A stretch of 42,265 nt of DNA. Source: Nitrososphaeraceae archaeon. GTDB taxonomy: Archaea; Thermoproteota; Nitrososphaeria; Nitrososphaerales; Nitrososphaeraceae. Below, piece after piece: positions 7,269 through 16,863 of the stretch; position 1 is the first letter of the stretch, and every line of letters starts with the position of its first letter. The DNA is taken from positions 1 to 42,265 of the forward strand of contig DATADQ010000159.1 in assembly GCA_036258455.1 (NCBI GenBank), written 5' to 3'. The translations under genes were made by a program, and so were the position numbers. A model generated the notes under the pieces. The model searched no databases and was not told the origin of the DNA. It saw nothing but the letters and a program-made list of their open reading frames with translations.

Positions 7269-7931
7269 TTACTTTTGTTTTTCTCCTATTGTTGAAGCCT
7301 TGGAAGGCTTGCTCATTGTAAACTTTATTATCGCATTACGGATATTCTTATCGCCCTGGGGCAACTTTTTCTCAATTGCGGATATTATGGCAAGTGCATT
7401 ATTTGCAAGGTGTTCGTCTTGCATTTTTTCGTCACCTATCTTCGCAGAAATGTTAAGTTGATTCTTTGCCCTTGCTCTGACAGAACCCCTGAATCTTTCT
7501 GCAATATTCTCGATTGGGGCTCCATAGGCAATAGGGGAAGGCATTTTGCCTTTGGGTCCCATGAACTGTCCTAACGAGCGACCAACACTGGACATTAATG
7601 AAGTATCAGCCAAAAAAAAATCATAAGCTTTAACAACTTTTCTTGCATCCTTCTTATTTGTTCCAAGCCTGTCTAGTTCGTCAGGCTCAATAACTCTATC
7701 AACCTGTGCCTTTCTAGCTCTCATCCCCATATCTCCAGAAGCAAATACACATACGCTTGAAGTCTTAGTTGTCTTGTTAGGAAGATTTACAACTTCATTT
7801 ACGCTAAATCCCTTTTTAACATCAATGTCCTTTAATATGAGGGTCAATTCTGCAGACTGAGTAAAATTGTGTTTTTTGATTCCATCTCGTGCATTTTTTA
7901 CTATATTTTTTAATTGATTATCCTCAAGCAT
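7269..7931 (-). CDS. rpl1: 50S ribosomal protein uL1
   Basis: NFTQSAEL, LGQFMGPKGKMPSP, KFTMSKP. Confidence 0.97.
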   Translation of the reverse strand: MLEDNQLKNIVKNARDGIKKHNFTQSAELTLILKDIDVKKGFSVNEVVNLPNKTTKTSSVCVFASGDMGMRARKAQVDRVIEPDELDRLGTNKKDARKVVKAYDFFLADTSLMSSVGRSLGQFMGPKGKMPSPIAYGAPIENIAERFRGSVRARAKNQLNISAKIGDEKMQDEHLANNALAIISAIEKKLPQGDKNIRNAIIKFTMSKPSKASTIGEKQK

Positions 7932-7957
7932 AGTTGAAAATTTTAGATTTTAAGCCA

Positions 7958-7965
7958 CTTATAAA
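7958..7965 (-). promoter_or_regulatory. TATA box for rpl1-rpl10
   Basis: TTTATAAG on the minus strand, 27-34 nt upstream of the rpl1 ATG. Confidence 0.55.
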
Positions 7966-8114
7966 CGTGAGTTGTATGCATGGATTTCGTAATTTTTAAA
8001 TTAAAACTAATTATTTGCAGGATTTGGCTTAACGAACATCGAGATAATAAACAATGCGTCTATAACTATCACTAATTTAAATTGGCAAGGTAAGTTCATA
8101 CAGCAATATAAGCA

Positions 8115-8204
8115 CGGGCCCGGAGGGCTTCGATCCCTCGACTTCCGGCTCTCTTTGTTAAAACTTAGAAGGCAGGCGCTCTATCCAAGCTGAGCTACGA
8201 GCCC
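8115..8204 (-). tRNA. tRNA-Arg(TCT) with 15-nt intron at 37/38 (8151-8165)
   Basis: Reverse complement reads GGGCTCG TAGCTCAGCTTGGATAGAGCG CCTGC CT TCT A [AGTTTTAACAAAGAG] A GCCGG AAGTC GAGGG ATCGAAG CCCTC CGGGCCC G; cloverleaf folds, no encoded CCA. Confidence 0.95.
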
Positions 8205-8463
8205 ATTGGCTTTGCACTACTTAGCAAATCCTTCGCAAAAAAGGAAATAAAATATTGACTTATAAACTGTTCAAAACGTCAAGTCTTTTCTTTTTTCAGG
8301 ACGACCCTGTATAAAAGGAGATTCGGAATAATTGGAATTTTTGCTAAATTCATTTATCTAAACAGCACGTCAGGTATCGGAAGGATATCTAGATTCCAAA
8401 ATAATTCTGTTAATTGTAGTTGAAACCGATCAAAAATTGAAAATAAATACACGCTGATTCAGC

Positions 8464-9096
8464 TTACCATTTTGTAACTTTGACCACTTCGAAGGCTTCG
8501 GCGTATTTGGAATTAATTTGATATCCTCTATAAGAACACCTTCCAAGAATCGCAGGTATCCAAATATCACCGCAACGAACAAACTGAGATTGGAAACACT
8601 CTAGAGCATTTTTCTTTATTTCAATTGTTTCGGTAATATTTACGAACAATTGTGGTCTGAATGAATTTTCAGTAATTCCTCCAGGTATTGTAGTCTCGTA
8701 CATGAATATGTTATTTTGATCTCTACAGGCTGAAATTACACTTTTAGTTAATATTTGATGATCCTGATGAGAATCCCCATACCACTGTGTGAAAACCGAG
8801 TCTGGTTTGTGTTTCGTAATTAATGAATCTATCAACGTAACTAATTTTCTCCCAAATACCATTTGATCCGGAGATAAGTCAAAAAATATTGGGGATTTAC
8901 ATCCCATTACTTTAGCTGATAACATGGATTCGGATTTTCTTTCTTCCTTGGTATCCGATTTTATAAAATTTGGTAACGTAGCTATGATTGGCTGAACCTC
9001 GTAACCCACGGAAGAGAGTTTAGCGATGGTGCCTCCCATACCGATTTCTAGGTCGTCTGGATGCGCTCCAAATACTAGAATTGATTTAGATTCCAT
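8464..9096 (-). CDS. PIG-L/LmbE family N-acetylglucosaminyl deacetylase
   Basis: AHPDDLEIGMGGT and DSHQDH metal-binding motifs; KKNALECFQSQ; YAEAF. Confidence 0.93.
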   Translation of the reverse strand: MESKSILVFGAHPDDLEIGMGGTIAKLSSVGYEVQPIIATLPNFIKSDTKEERKSESMLSAKVMGCKSPIFFDLSPDQMVFGRKLVTLIDSLITKHKPDSVFTQWYGDSHQDHQILTKSVISACRDQNNIFMYETTIPGGITENSFRPQLFVNITETIEIKKNALECFQSQFVRCGDIWIPAILGRCSYRGYQINSKYAEAFEVVKVTKW

Positions 9097-9123
9097 ACAA
9101 CGAGATTAACTATATTTTCCTAT

Positions 9124-10062
9124 TTATGAACTGTTAATGGTTGGTGGAATTAGTTTGTAACTTCTCATCTCTCTGAATCTTCTGTAATCATGATCAACTT
9201 CCATGGCTGCCATCAATATCTTGCTTTTAATTGATTTTGACGATTGCAGAAACATTCTTGTGTCTTTGGGTAAACAATGTCCTCCTACCCCATCACGAGG
9301 TTCTAGTATCTTAACATTCCATTTTGTGTTCAGGGCATCTCTTAACTCTCTGAAGTTAACATTATTGGCCTGACAGTAAAGATAGAGATCTTCAGAAAAT
9401 GCTATTTGCATATATCTATCAGCATTTTCAATTATTTTAGTCAACTCTGCAATTTCTATTTCAGATACAGGGTGCATTGGAATACCAAGACTCTTAGTTT
9501 TAGCAGTTTTGCAGATATTATTACTGGGAATGTTGTCCCTGAGCTCAAGAACTTCGTTACCACTATCATAGAATCGCATTGCTATTTTTAGACAGCAATC
9601 GCTTACCCCGCCAATTACCCTAACTTGATTGACGCCATGCACGTCCTCTTCAAGAGCATACCACCTGTGAGGAGCATGTGAAACGTGAAGTCTGTGGTTT
9701 AACATTTCAAATATTTTCTTTGAAGTCCCTTTGGGCACTGTACTTTCTATGGAAACTAGCGAACCATTTTTCGCTTCTCTTGCAATTTTTTGAGCTAGTG
9801 AAAAAAGGCCGTCTACACATGGGATATATTCGTCATTTGGATCATGGGTAGATACACACAAGATAAAAACATCAATATCGTCAAACCGTTCAATGCTCTT
9901 GATTCCATAATTTTTTTCTGCATCTTCTACACTTAGAGGATTGATATCGTATCCAAAGGTTTCAAATCCCCTTTCTTTCACATACTTTGCAACTGGCAAG
10001 CCAAGTTGCCCAAGACCTATAACCAAAACTTTCTTTATTTGAGCTTCTGATTCTATATGCAT
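9124..10062 (-). CDS. UDP-glucose/GDP-mannose dehydrogenase family protein (short form)
   Basis: GLGQLG Rossmann motif, IESTVPKGTS, AELTKIIEN, catalytic GVGGHCLPKD. Confidence 0.9.
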   Translation of the reverse strand: MHIESEAQIKKVLVIGLGQLGLPVAKYVKERGFETFGYDINPLSVEDAEKNYGIKSIERFDDIDVFILCVSTHDPNDEYIPCVDGLFSLAQKIAREAKNGSLVSIESTVPKGTSKKIFEMLNHRLHVSHAPHRWYALEEDVHGVNQVRVIGGVSDCCLKIAMRFYDSGNEVLELRDNIPSNNICKTAKTKSLGIPMHPVSEIEIAELTKIIENADRYMQIAFSEDLYLYCQANNVNFRELRDALNTKWNVKILEPRDGVGGHCLPKDTRMFLQSSKSIKSKILMAAMEVDHDYRRFREMRSYKLIPPTINSS

Positions 10063-10238
10063 TTTTGCTTATATAATGGATTCATAATATAATTATTAAA
10101 GCCTTGAGATGGAATAAGACGTAAGTTAATCACTAAAAAAATTTCTATCTAGTTCATATAGAACTTTATGTATAAAATTGTCCATCTCAAATCTTTCTTG
10201 AGATATCATATAAATAATCAAGCAAAAATAATAGATGT

Positions 10239-11450
10239 GTGATAAGAATTGGTTTAATAGGTAAAACTAACACTGGTAAAACTACTTTCTTTAACTCTGC
10301 AACCTTAGGAAACGAAGAAATTGCTAATTACCCATTTACAACAAAAAAACCAATTCATGGAAATGCCAATGTAATTACCTTATGTGTTCATAAAGAGTTC
10401 GGCGTAGTGGACAATCCAAGAAATTCACTTTGTAAAGATGGTTGGAGATTTATTCCTGTGGAGCTGATAGACCTTCCCGGTCTTATAAAAGGTGCATGGG
10501 AGGGTAAGGGCCTTGGTAACCAGTTTTTATCTGTTGCTGCACAATCTGATGTTTTGCTCCATATTGTTGACGCATCTGGAAGCATCGATGCGTCTGGAAA
10601 AATAGCTGAAGCCGGAGCTGGAGATCCAATTGCAGATGTATCAGACATAGAAGAAGAACTGGTTCTATGGTACTTGAAATTATTTGAAGGAAATCGAGAA
10701 AAAATATCAAGAATGACCAATACCGGAATGGACACAGCGCGTGCGGTTACAGAAATATTTGGGGGTATAGGAGTTAAAGAATGGCATGTAAAAAAATCTA
10801 TCAACGAAAATAATCTTGCTGATAAGAACATACACGAATTAGATGCTGATGAGAGTAGAAGATTTGTTTCTACATTAAGGGAGATATCAAAACCTTCGTT
10901 AATAGTTGCAAATAAAATAGATCTTCATCCTGCTGCTGAAAACTTCAAGAGGCTTCGTGAACACAATAAGCATATGTTTGTAATTCCTTCAAGTGCTGAT
11001 GCTGAACTAACTCTAAGGAGGGCCCAGAACAGGGGATTGATAAAATATTCTCCTGGAGATGAAATATTCGATATTTACGAAAATACTGTCCTAAATGAGA
11101 AACAAAAGTGGGCACTTAATTTTATCAGGAAGGATGTCTTGGGTGAGTATCTTAGAACTGGAGTACAATTTGCATTAAATATTGCTGTTTTCAAATTACT
11201 AAATATGAATGTTGTTTATCCTGTATCCGATCCAAATAAATTGTCCGACAAAAAAGGTAACGTACTTCCTGACGCCTTTCTTATGAAAAATGGTTCCACG
11301 GTACAGGATCTTGCAAGCGACATACATACCGAGTTATCTAAAGGTATTGTTTATGCTGTAGATATTAGAAATGGTTTAAGATTACCCGGTGACTATCAAA
11401 TAAAGGACAGGGACGTATTGTCAATAGTTTCAACCATGATAAAGAAATAG
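10239..11450 (+). CDS. ychF: YchF/Obg-family translation-associated GTPase/ATPase with TGS domain
   Basis: GKTNTGKTT, NYPFTT, DLPGL, GLGNQFL, NKID, C-terminal TGS-like region. Confidence 0.93.
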   Translation: MIRIGLIGKTNTGKTTFFNSATLGNEEIANYPFTTKKPIHGNANVITLCVHKEFGVVDNPRNSLCKDGWRFIPVELIDLPGLIKGAWEGKGLGNQFLSVAAQSDVLLHIVDASGSIDASGKIAEAGAGDPIADVSDIEEELVLWYLKLFEGNREKISRMTNTGMDTARAVTEIFGGIGVKEWHVKKSINENNLADKNIHELDADESRRFVSTLREISKPSLIVANKIDLHPAAENFKRLREHNKHMFVIPSSADAELTLRRAQNRGLIKYSPGDEIFDIYENTVLNEKQKWALNFIRKDVLGEYLRTGVQFALNIAVFKLLNMNVVYPVSDPNKLSDKKGNVLPDAFLMKNGSTVQDLASDIHTELSKGIVYAVDIRNGLRLPGDYQIKDRDVLSIVSTMIKK

Positions 11451-11632
11451 AAACATGGACGCAAATAGTACTCCAAAGGATAATATCTGATACTGACCGA
11501 AAATAGATTCAAATCACAGCCAAAACCGGGTGATGTAAATGATACCGGATATCTCGATGTTAGAGAAAATAGGAATGTATCAAATCGGTACGACCACTTT
11601 TTCTAATCGTTCAAATCGACAAATTAGTAAAT

Positions 11633-11800
11633 CTACTTTTTATAATCGCTCAAGATATCCCTGTATCTTACATCTCTATATGCAATATACTTTACATATT
11701 CTCCATATGTCATTTCAAAATTACAAAATTGACATTTAACAAAGCTAAAATCATCAGAAAGCTCGGCAGGCTTCTTACAATCGGGACACACAATCTTCAT
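11633..11800 (-). CDS. Small zinc-ribbon protein (55 aa)
   Basis: Below the ORF-track cutoff; MKIVCPDCKKPAELSDDFSFVKCQFCNFEMTYGEYVKYIAYRDVRYRDILSDYKK*. Confidence 0.8.
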   Translation of the reverse strand: MKIVCPDCKKPAELSDDFSFVKCQFCNFEMTYGEYVKYIAYRDVRYRDILSDYKK

Positions 11801-11869
11801 GATATTATTATCCTGATTCCAACAAATAAGCGTTGACAGTCCAAAAACTAAAAATACTCAGATTTGGTA

Positions 11870-12037
11870 TTAAATTGCCTTTAACTGTTTTACTATTGGT
11901 TGTCTTGCCTTTCGGAATACCCTAAATCCACAAATGCACTTTATTTCGGGCAACCTTGAAAGTTCTTCATTAGAAACTGGAGTGCCGCATCTCATACATT
12001 CGTAAATTACATTACCGATGTTTTTTTCGCTTTCCAC
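11870..12037 (-). CDS. rpoP: DNA-directed RNA polymerase subunit P (Rpo12)
   Basis: Below the ORF-track cutoff; MESEKNIGNVIYECMRCGTPVSNEELSRLPEIKCICGFRVFRKARQPIVKQLKAI* matches the Rpo12 zinc-ribbon pattern. Confidence 0.93.
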   Translation of the reverse strand: MESEKNIGNVIYECMRCGTPVSNEELSRLPEIKCICGFRVFRKARQPIVKQLKAI

Positions 12038-12137
12038 AGTTATCGTTGTCTGGATTGAAATTTATTTGTTTTTCTCTAAATTCCAAGGGTTATATTTGAA
12101 GCAGCTCAAGATTGGGTAATTTTGTTACATTCAAAAT

Positions 12138-13088
12138 TCAGGTTAAAGCCCTGACTACTACCTGTTCCATCTCTTTAATACAGGCGTCAAAATCTCTTGG
12201 ATTACTTTTTAATTTCCCACCGGAAGCAAATTCGTGTCCTCCTCCTTCAATAAGGTAAGATGCTATTTTACTACACGAAATTTTTTCTGTATTTCTTCTG
12301 ATGCTAACATTTCCACGTCGATTAAAGAGCATAGCCAAGTCTACCTTCATGTTAGAGAATAGCTCATGAGAAAATAGGCTCGTTTGAACATAAGGGTATG
12401 TAAAAACAAAGGCCACGTTAAATGACAAAATTTTCTTTATTGTGAGTGTCTTCAACGATTCCTTTTTTTGAAAATCACTAATCTGTATGTATTTTCTATA
12501 ATCATTTTGCATATCTGAATCCCATAATATTCCCTTTGACGCTTTTTGAACCAGGGCTTCCAGATTTTTTTTGGAATTTACAGCATTTCGATAAAAATGG
12601 ATTAATTCCGAGAGTCTGGGATCATGAATCCTGAGGTTGGTCATAAAGTCTGAGCTATGTGCTATCAACTTTAGCTGCTCTACAATTTTGTTCTTGTTCA
12701 TGAATTTTTCATGCATGATTTCTGTCGCACATTTTTTTCCAGACGAATCATGAAATAATTTAATCAACTTTCTAATTGACATCAATGTTTTTCTATGCCA
12801 TGGATGATGATCAACCCATATTACGGACCATTGTCTTTTTTTCAGATATTGTATTGAATCTATGCATAAATCTGATACATTATCGTCACTAATGCCTAGA
12901 TCAGAAATTATTGCAAGTCCTCCCCGTGTCTTCTTTGATTCATATTTCAGGTAATCAAACATTTTTTTAAAATTATCTAGGCCATAATTATAAAATGAAA
13001 GCTGAGCCTTGGGAAACTTCATTAAGGCAACAGAAGCGGAATACATACCATCGATATCTGCTTCATGTGTGCATATTATGACACGCAT
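12138..13088 (-). CDS. DHH-family phosphoesterase with DHHA1 domain
   Basis: HEADIDG, ISDLG, WVDHH, GGGHEFASG motifs. Confidence 0.9.
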   Translation of the reverse strand: MRVIICTHEADIDGMYSASVALMKFPKAQLSFYNYGLDNFKKMFDYLKYESKKTRGGLAIISDLGISDDNVSDLCIDSIQYLKKRQWSVIWVDHHPWHRKTLMSIRKLIKLFHDSSGKKCATEIMHEKFMNKNKIVEQLKLIAHSSDFMTNLRIHDPRLSELIHFYRNAVNSKKNLEALVQKASKGILWDSDMQNDYRKYIQISDFQKKESLKTLTIKKILSFNVAFVFTYPYVQTSLFSHELFSNMKVDLAMLFNRRGNVSIRRNTEKISCSKIASYLIEGGGHEFASGGKLKSNPRDFDACIKEMEQVVVRALT

Positions 13089-13269
13089 TTATTAGAGTAG
13101 ACGATTGAACTGAATATGTATCTAGTGTCATTGTCCTTTATTGCTTATTAATGTCCGAGGTCATCAAATTGACAAACTGGATTTATTCTAAATTGAAATA
13201 TTTACAATTTGCAGAGTTCAATTTCATGATTAATTCTATTTTAAAGTATAATTTTATATTTGATAGCAT

Positions 13270-13836
13270 GTGTCAGATCTTACAATACGCGTCATGTACT
13301 ATTCAATCAAAAAAAGAACAAGTGCCAGAACTGTATACCTTATAGTTTTCTACATCACTGCTATCACGATGACAGCGATTACATTTTATGCACTATATCA
13401 AAGCGTAATTGAGTATAGTTCTACGGGAAAAATTGTAATAGGTGAAATTCTAGTAAAAACAGAATTTCCATTTAAAGGACTCTCAAAACTAGTTACCTAC
13501 CTAATGATTGTTTCAGTTGTCTCATGGTACTGCGTTACCAAATTAGGTGGAGACAGGGTAAAGGAAATTTCCCCTGCCCTTCGTGCTATTCTGCAATTAA
13601 TTGTTCTGACAATAGTAGTAGTTTCTCTATACGAATTTGTTTACAATTTTGTGGTATGGAGCTCTCTGATAACGATTAACGCATTAGGTGGAAGCATAAA
13701 TTTGGATAGTATTAGTATAGCATTTCCAAATCCACAAACACCTTGGAATTTGGTCTTTGCCACAAAGATGTCTCTGGCTGCCTTTTTGATTTCTGCTCAT
13801 GGGTTTTATATCATTTCAAAGAAAGGAAATTCCTAA
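13270..13836 (+). CDS. Hypothetical membrane protein (~4 TM)
   Basis: Four hydrophobic segments. Confidence 0.8.
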   Translation: MSDLTIRVMYYSIKKRTSARTVYLIVFYITAITMTAITFYALYQSVIEYSSTGKIVIGEILVKTEFPFKGLSKLVTYLMIVSVVSWYCVTKLGGDRVKEISPALRAILQLIVLTIVVVSLYEFVYNFVVWSSLITINALGGSINLDSISIAFPNPQTPWNLVFATKMSLAAFLISAHGFYIISKKGNS

Positions 13837-13940
13837 ATCAAAATTTTCTAAAATATAAATGGAACACCACTTATCTGCGTGAACAAGTCCATCTTTAGTC
13901 AAAGTTATATGCCCGTTTTTTACTCACAAAATATAGAAAG

Positions 13941-14399
13941 ATGACCTCAAGAGAAAATTCTAAAGACCAAATTTCAACTGAACAAAAAATAAGTGAGATG
14001 CTTCAGCAATCAAAGATCCTAGAAGCTTATATGAATGACATTTTAACAAAGGAATCAACGGTAACCAGACTTATTACAGAGGCCCATCTAGCTTCAGAGG
14101 CTATCCAAGAATTATCCTCAGCTAATCAGGAAGAATCCCTTGTTCCAATAGGTATTGGAATTTATCTTAAGGTTACAGTTCCGCAAATAAGGAATCTGTT
14201 TGTTAACGTAGGCTCAGGTGTTACTATTGAAAAGTCTAAAGAAAACACAAAAAACTATGTAGAGTCAAAAATCAAGGAATTTGAGCTTGCTTTAAAACAA
14301 TTACAATCGCAAAAAGAACAGGTAGCAATACGAATGAATCAGCTCCAAAATGAAATGAATGCTGAAATGCAGAAATCTCAAAGTACTCCAAATTCATAG
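13941..14399 (+). CDS. pfdA: Prefoldin alpha subunit
   Basis: Coiled coils flanking LVPIGIGIY and VNVGSGVTIEK hairpins; upstream of ftsY. Confidence 0.93.
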   Translation: MTSRENSKDQISTEQKISEMLQQSKILEAYMNDILTKESTVTRLITEAHLASEAIQELSSANQEESLVPIGIGIYLKVTVPQIRNLFVNVGSGVTIEKSKENTKNYVESKIKEFELALKQLQSQKEQVAIRMNQLQNEMNAEMQKSQSTPNS

Positions 14400-14419
14400 C
14401 AGGCAGGATTGTACCACGT

Positions 14420-15826
14420 TTGTTTGAAAAATTAAAAAAAATATTTTCTGAAACTGCAAAGAATCTAGGTCAAAAATCAATTTCAAAAAAAGAGATTGAC
14501 TTTATCCTAGATGAATTGCAAATTAGTCTCATGGAAAATGATGTAGCTCATGAAATTGTTGATGAAATGACATCAAAAATAAAAACAGAAATATCGAACC
14601 TGAAATTAGAAAGGGATAAGAATGCTGATGAGGTAATCACGACAAAATTATATTCTTTTTTACACGAGTTGTTTCTATCTTCAAATAACAAGACAGATAT
14701 TATTCAATCCATTTTGGAAAAGAAAAGATCAAAAGCCGGTCCATATTCTATTATCTTTCTTGGTATCAATGGTACAGGAAAAACTACCACAATTGCCAAA
14801 TTTTGTAAATTGTTAAGGGACCATGGCATTTCGGTTGTTTTGGCAGCTGCAGACACACATAGAGCAGGGGCTATTGAACAGATAACACATCATGGTAACA
14901 ATCTTAGTGTCAAAGTAATCTCACAGAGGTATGGTGCAGATCCATCCGCAGTTGCAAGGGATGCATTAGAGCACGCGAAAAAGAATTATGTGGATGCGGT
15001 GTTGATCGATACTGCAGGAAGAATGCAAACTTCAAAGAATCTTATGGAGGAGGTAAGCAAGATAATAAGGGTCATAAAACCTGATATGAAAATATTTGTT
15101 GGTGATTCTTTGGCGGGAAACGATACGGTTAACCAGTCCCGCGAATTTTTTCAATACACAAATTTTGATGGCTCAATATTGACAAAAAGTGATGCTGATT
15201 CTAAAGGCGGTGCAGCTATTTCAATTGCTTATTTGACACATAAGCCTATTTTATATCTTGGAGTGGGACAAGGGTATGGAGATTTGTCTGAATTTGATCA
15301 TGACAAATTTCTTGATTCCATTTTCAAAGATAGAGTATATGAAAAAACTAGTGGGTACTTGGAAAGTAAAGTAACCACCTTACCCAATACTAGTAGAGTA
15401 GAGCCCCTACGTAAGATTCCAAATATTGATTCACAAACTGATAAAGTTAAACTTGAAAGTACAAGTAACGAGGCTAATAAATTGATTAAAAAAGAAGAAC
15501 CGTCACCTACATTAGCGCCAGAACCAAAAGACCGAGAACACCAGGAGCTATTGATTCCAGATAAATTTAGTGCTGAGCAGGAGAATACGAACGTGCAAAC
15601 AAGTGCAGAAACAAGTGAAACAAAATCAAAGAAAGGATCATTTTTCAACAAGTTTTTCAGTGACAAGAAGGAAGAGTTCGCTACCGACCACGATAACGGT
15701 ACTTCAAATAAGGATATTAAAACTAAAAAAGATAAAAAGAAGAAGGAAACTCGAAGCGAAAACGAAAACGAAAAGGAAGAAGTTGTCTATTTAACTGATG
15801 ATGATATAAATGATCTCATTAAGTAA
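14420..15826 (+). CDS. ftsY: Signal recognition particle receptor FtsY with long C-terminal charged extension
   Basis: GINGTGKTTT, DTHRAGA, DTAGR, TKSD, GVGQGYGDL NG-domain motifs. Confidence 0.97.
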   Translation: MFEKLKKIFSETAKNLGQKSISKKEIDFILDELQISLMENDVAHEIVDEMTSKIKTEISNLKLERDKNADEVITTKLYSFLHELFLSSNNKTDIIQSILEKKRSKAGPYSIIFLGINGTGKTTTIAKFCKLLRDHGISVVLAAADTHRAGAIEQITHHGNNLSVKVISQRYGADPSAVARDALEHAKKNYVDAVLIDTAGRMQTSKNLMEEVSKIIRVIKPDMKIFVGDSLAGNDTVNQSREFFQYTNFDGSILTKSDADSKGGAAISIAYLTHKPILYLGVGQGYGDLSEFDHDKFLDSIFKDRVYEKTSGYLESKVTTLPNTSRVEPLRKIPNIDSQTDKVKLESTSNEANKLIKKEEPSPTLAPEPKDREHQELLIPDKFSAEQENTNVQTSAETSETKSKKGSFFNKFFSDKKEEFATDHDNGTSNKDIKTKKDKKKKETRSENENEKEEVVYLTDDDINDLIK

Positions 15827-16745
15827 GAAACATCTGACCAGTATTGACGATTTAACCCGAGATGAAATCCTGAATTTGATTTCACAGGCAATTGAATTCA
15901 AGCGGAACAAAGATGGAAAGAGTAATAACCAAACTTTAGCCGGAAATACACTTGCCTTGATGTTTGAAAAACCATCCACTAGAACACGGTTGAGCTTTGA
16001 AACAGCAATGTTTCAGTTGGGGGGTAGTACAATTTATCTAAATTCTCATGATTTACAGCTCTCTAGAGGAGAATCCATACAAGATACTGCCAAAACAATT
16101 TCTTTATACGTAGACTGTCTTGTCGCAAGAGTTTATACTCACGACACTATTGTAAAGTTAGCGCAAAATTGTAAAATTCCTGTAATCAATGGTCTATCTG
16201 ATTTATATCATCCATGTCAGATTTTGGCTGATCTAATGACAATATTAGAACATAAGAAGAGCTTTAAAGGATTAACATTAGCTTGGGTTGGTGACGGAAA
16301 TAATGTGTGTAATGACCTTCTCATGGGATGCACAAAAATTGGAATAAATATCAAAGCTGCTATTCCACGGGGCTACGAACCTCCACAATGGATACTCGCA
16401 ATGGTAACACATGAATCAAAAATAAGAGAAACTAATTTTGCTATTGTACGTGAACCAATCGAGGCCGTGAAGAATGCGGACATTGTAGTCACAGATACGT
16501 TTGTTTCTATTGGAAAGGAAAATGAAGTTGATAAAAGAAGATCTACTTTTATTCCAAAGTATCAAGTAAATGGTAAACTAATGGGTTCTGCAAAGGACGA
16601 TGCAATATTTATGCATTGTTTGCCTGCAAAAAGAGGAGAGGAAGTAACGTCAGATGTGATAGATGGAAATAGATCAGTTGTCTGGGATGAGGCAGAAAAT
16701 AGGCTTTATGTTCAAAAATCACTTCTTGTCAGTTTACTCGACTAA
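15810..16745 (+). CDS. argF: Ornithine carbamoyltransferase
   Basis: STRTR, HPCQILAD, GDGNNV, MHCLP. Confidence 0.97.
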   Translation: MISLSKKHLTSIDDLTRDEILNLISQAIEFKRNKDGKSNNQTLAGNTLALMFEKPSTRTRLSFETAMFQLGGSTIYLNSHDLQLSRGESIQDTAKTISLYVDCLVARVYTHDTIVKLAQNCKIPVINGLSDLYHPCQILADLMTILEHKKSFKGLTLAWVGDGNNVCNDLLMGCTKIGINIKAAIPRGYEPPQWILAMVTHESKIRETNFAIVREPIEAVKNADIVVTDTFVSIGKENEVDKRRSTFIPKYQVNGKLMGSAKDDAIFMHCLPAKRGEEVTSDVIDGNRSVVWDEAENRLYVQKSLLVSLLD

Positions 16746-16863
16746 CTAAAAACAATTTATATTTCAATATTTTCCTTTTTTTTAGTTTTTTTCTATGGAT
16801 TTCCAATGGTAACTACTTTTCCTTAGCACAGTAATGTAAGTACTATAAGCGGACCAGTTAATA

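Noticed and set aside
11539..11739. Plus-strand 66-aa ORF
   Set aside because: Overlaps the better-supported minus-strand zinc-ribbon gene; no motif.
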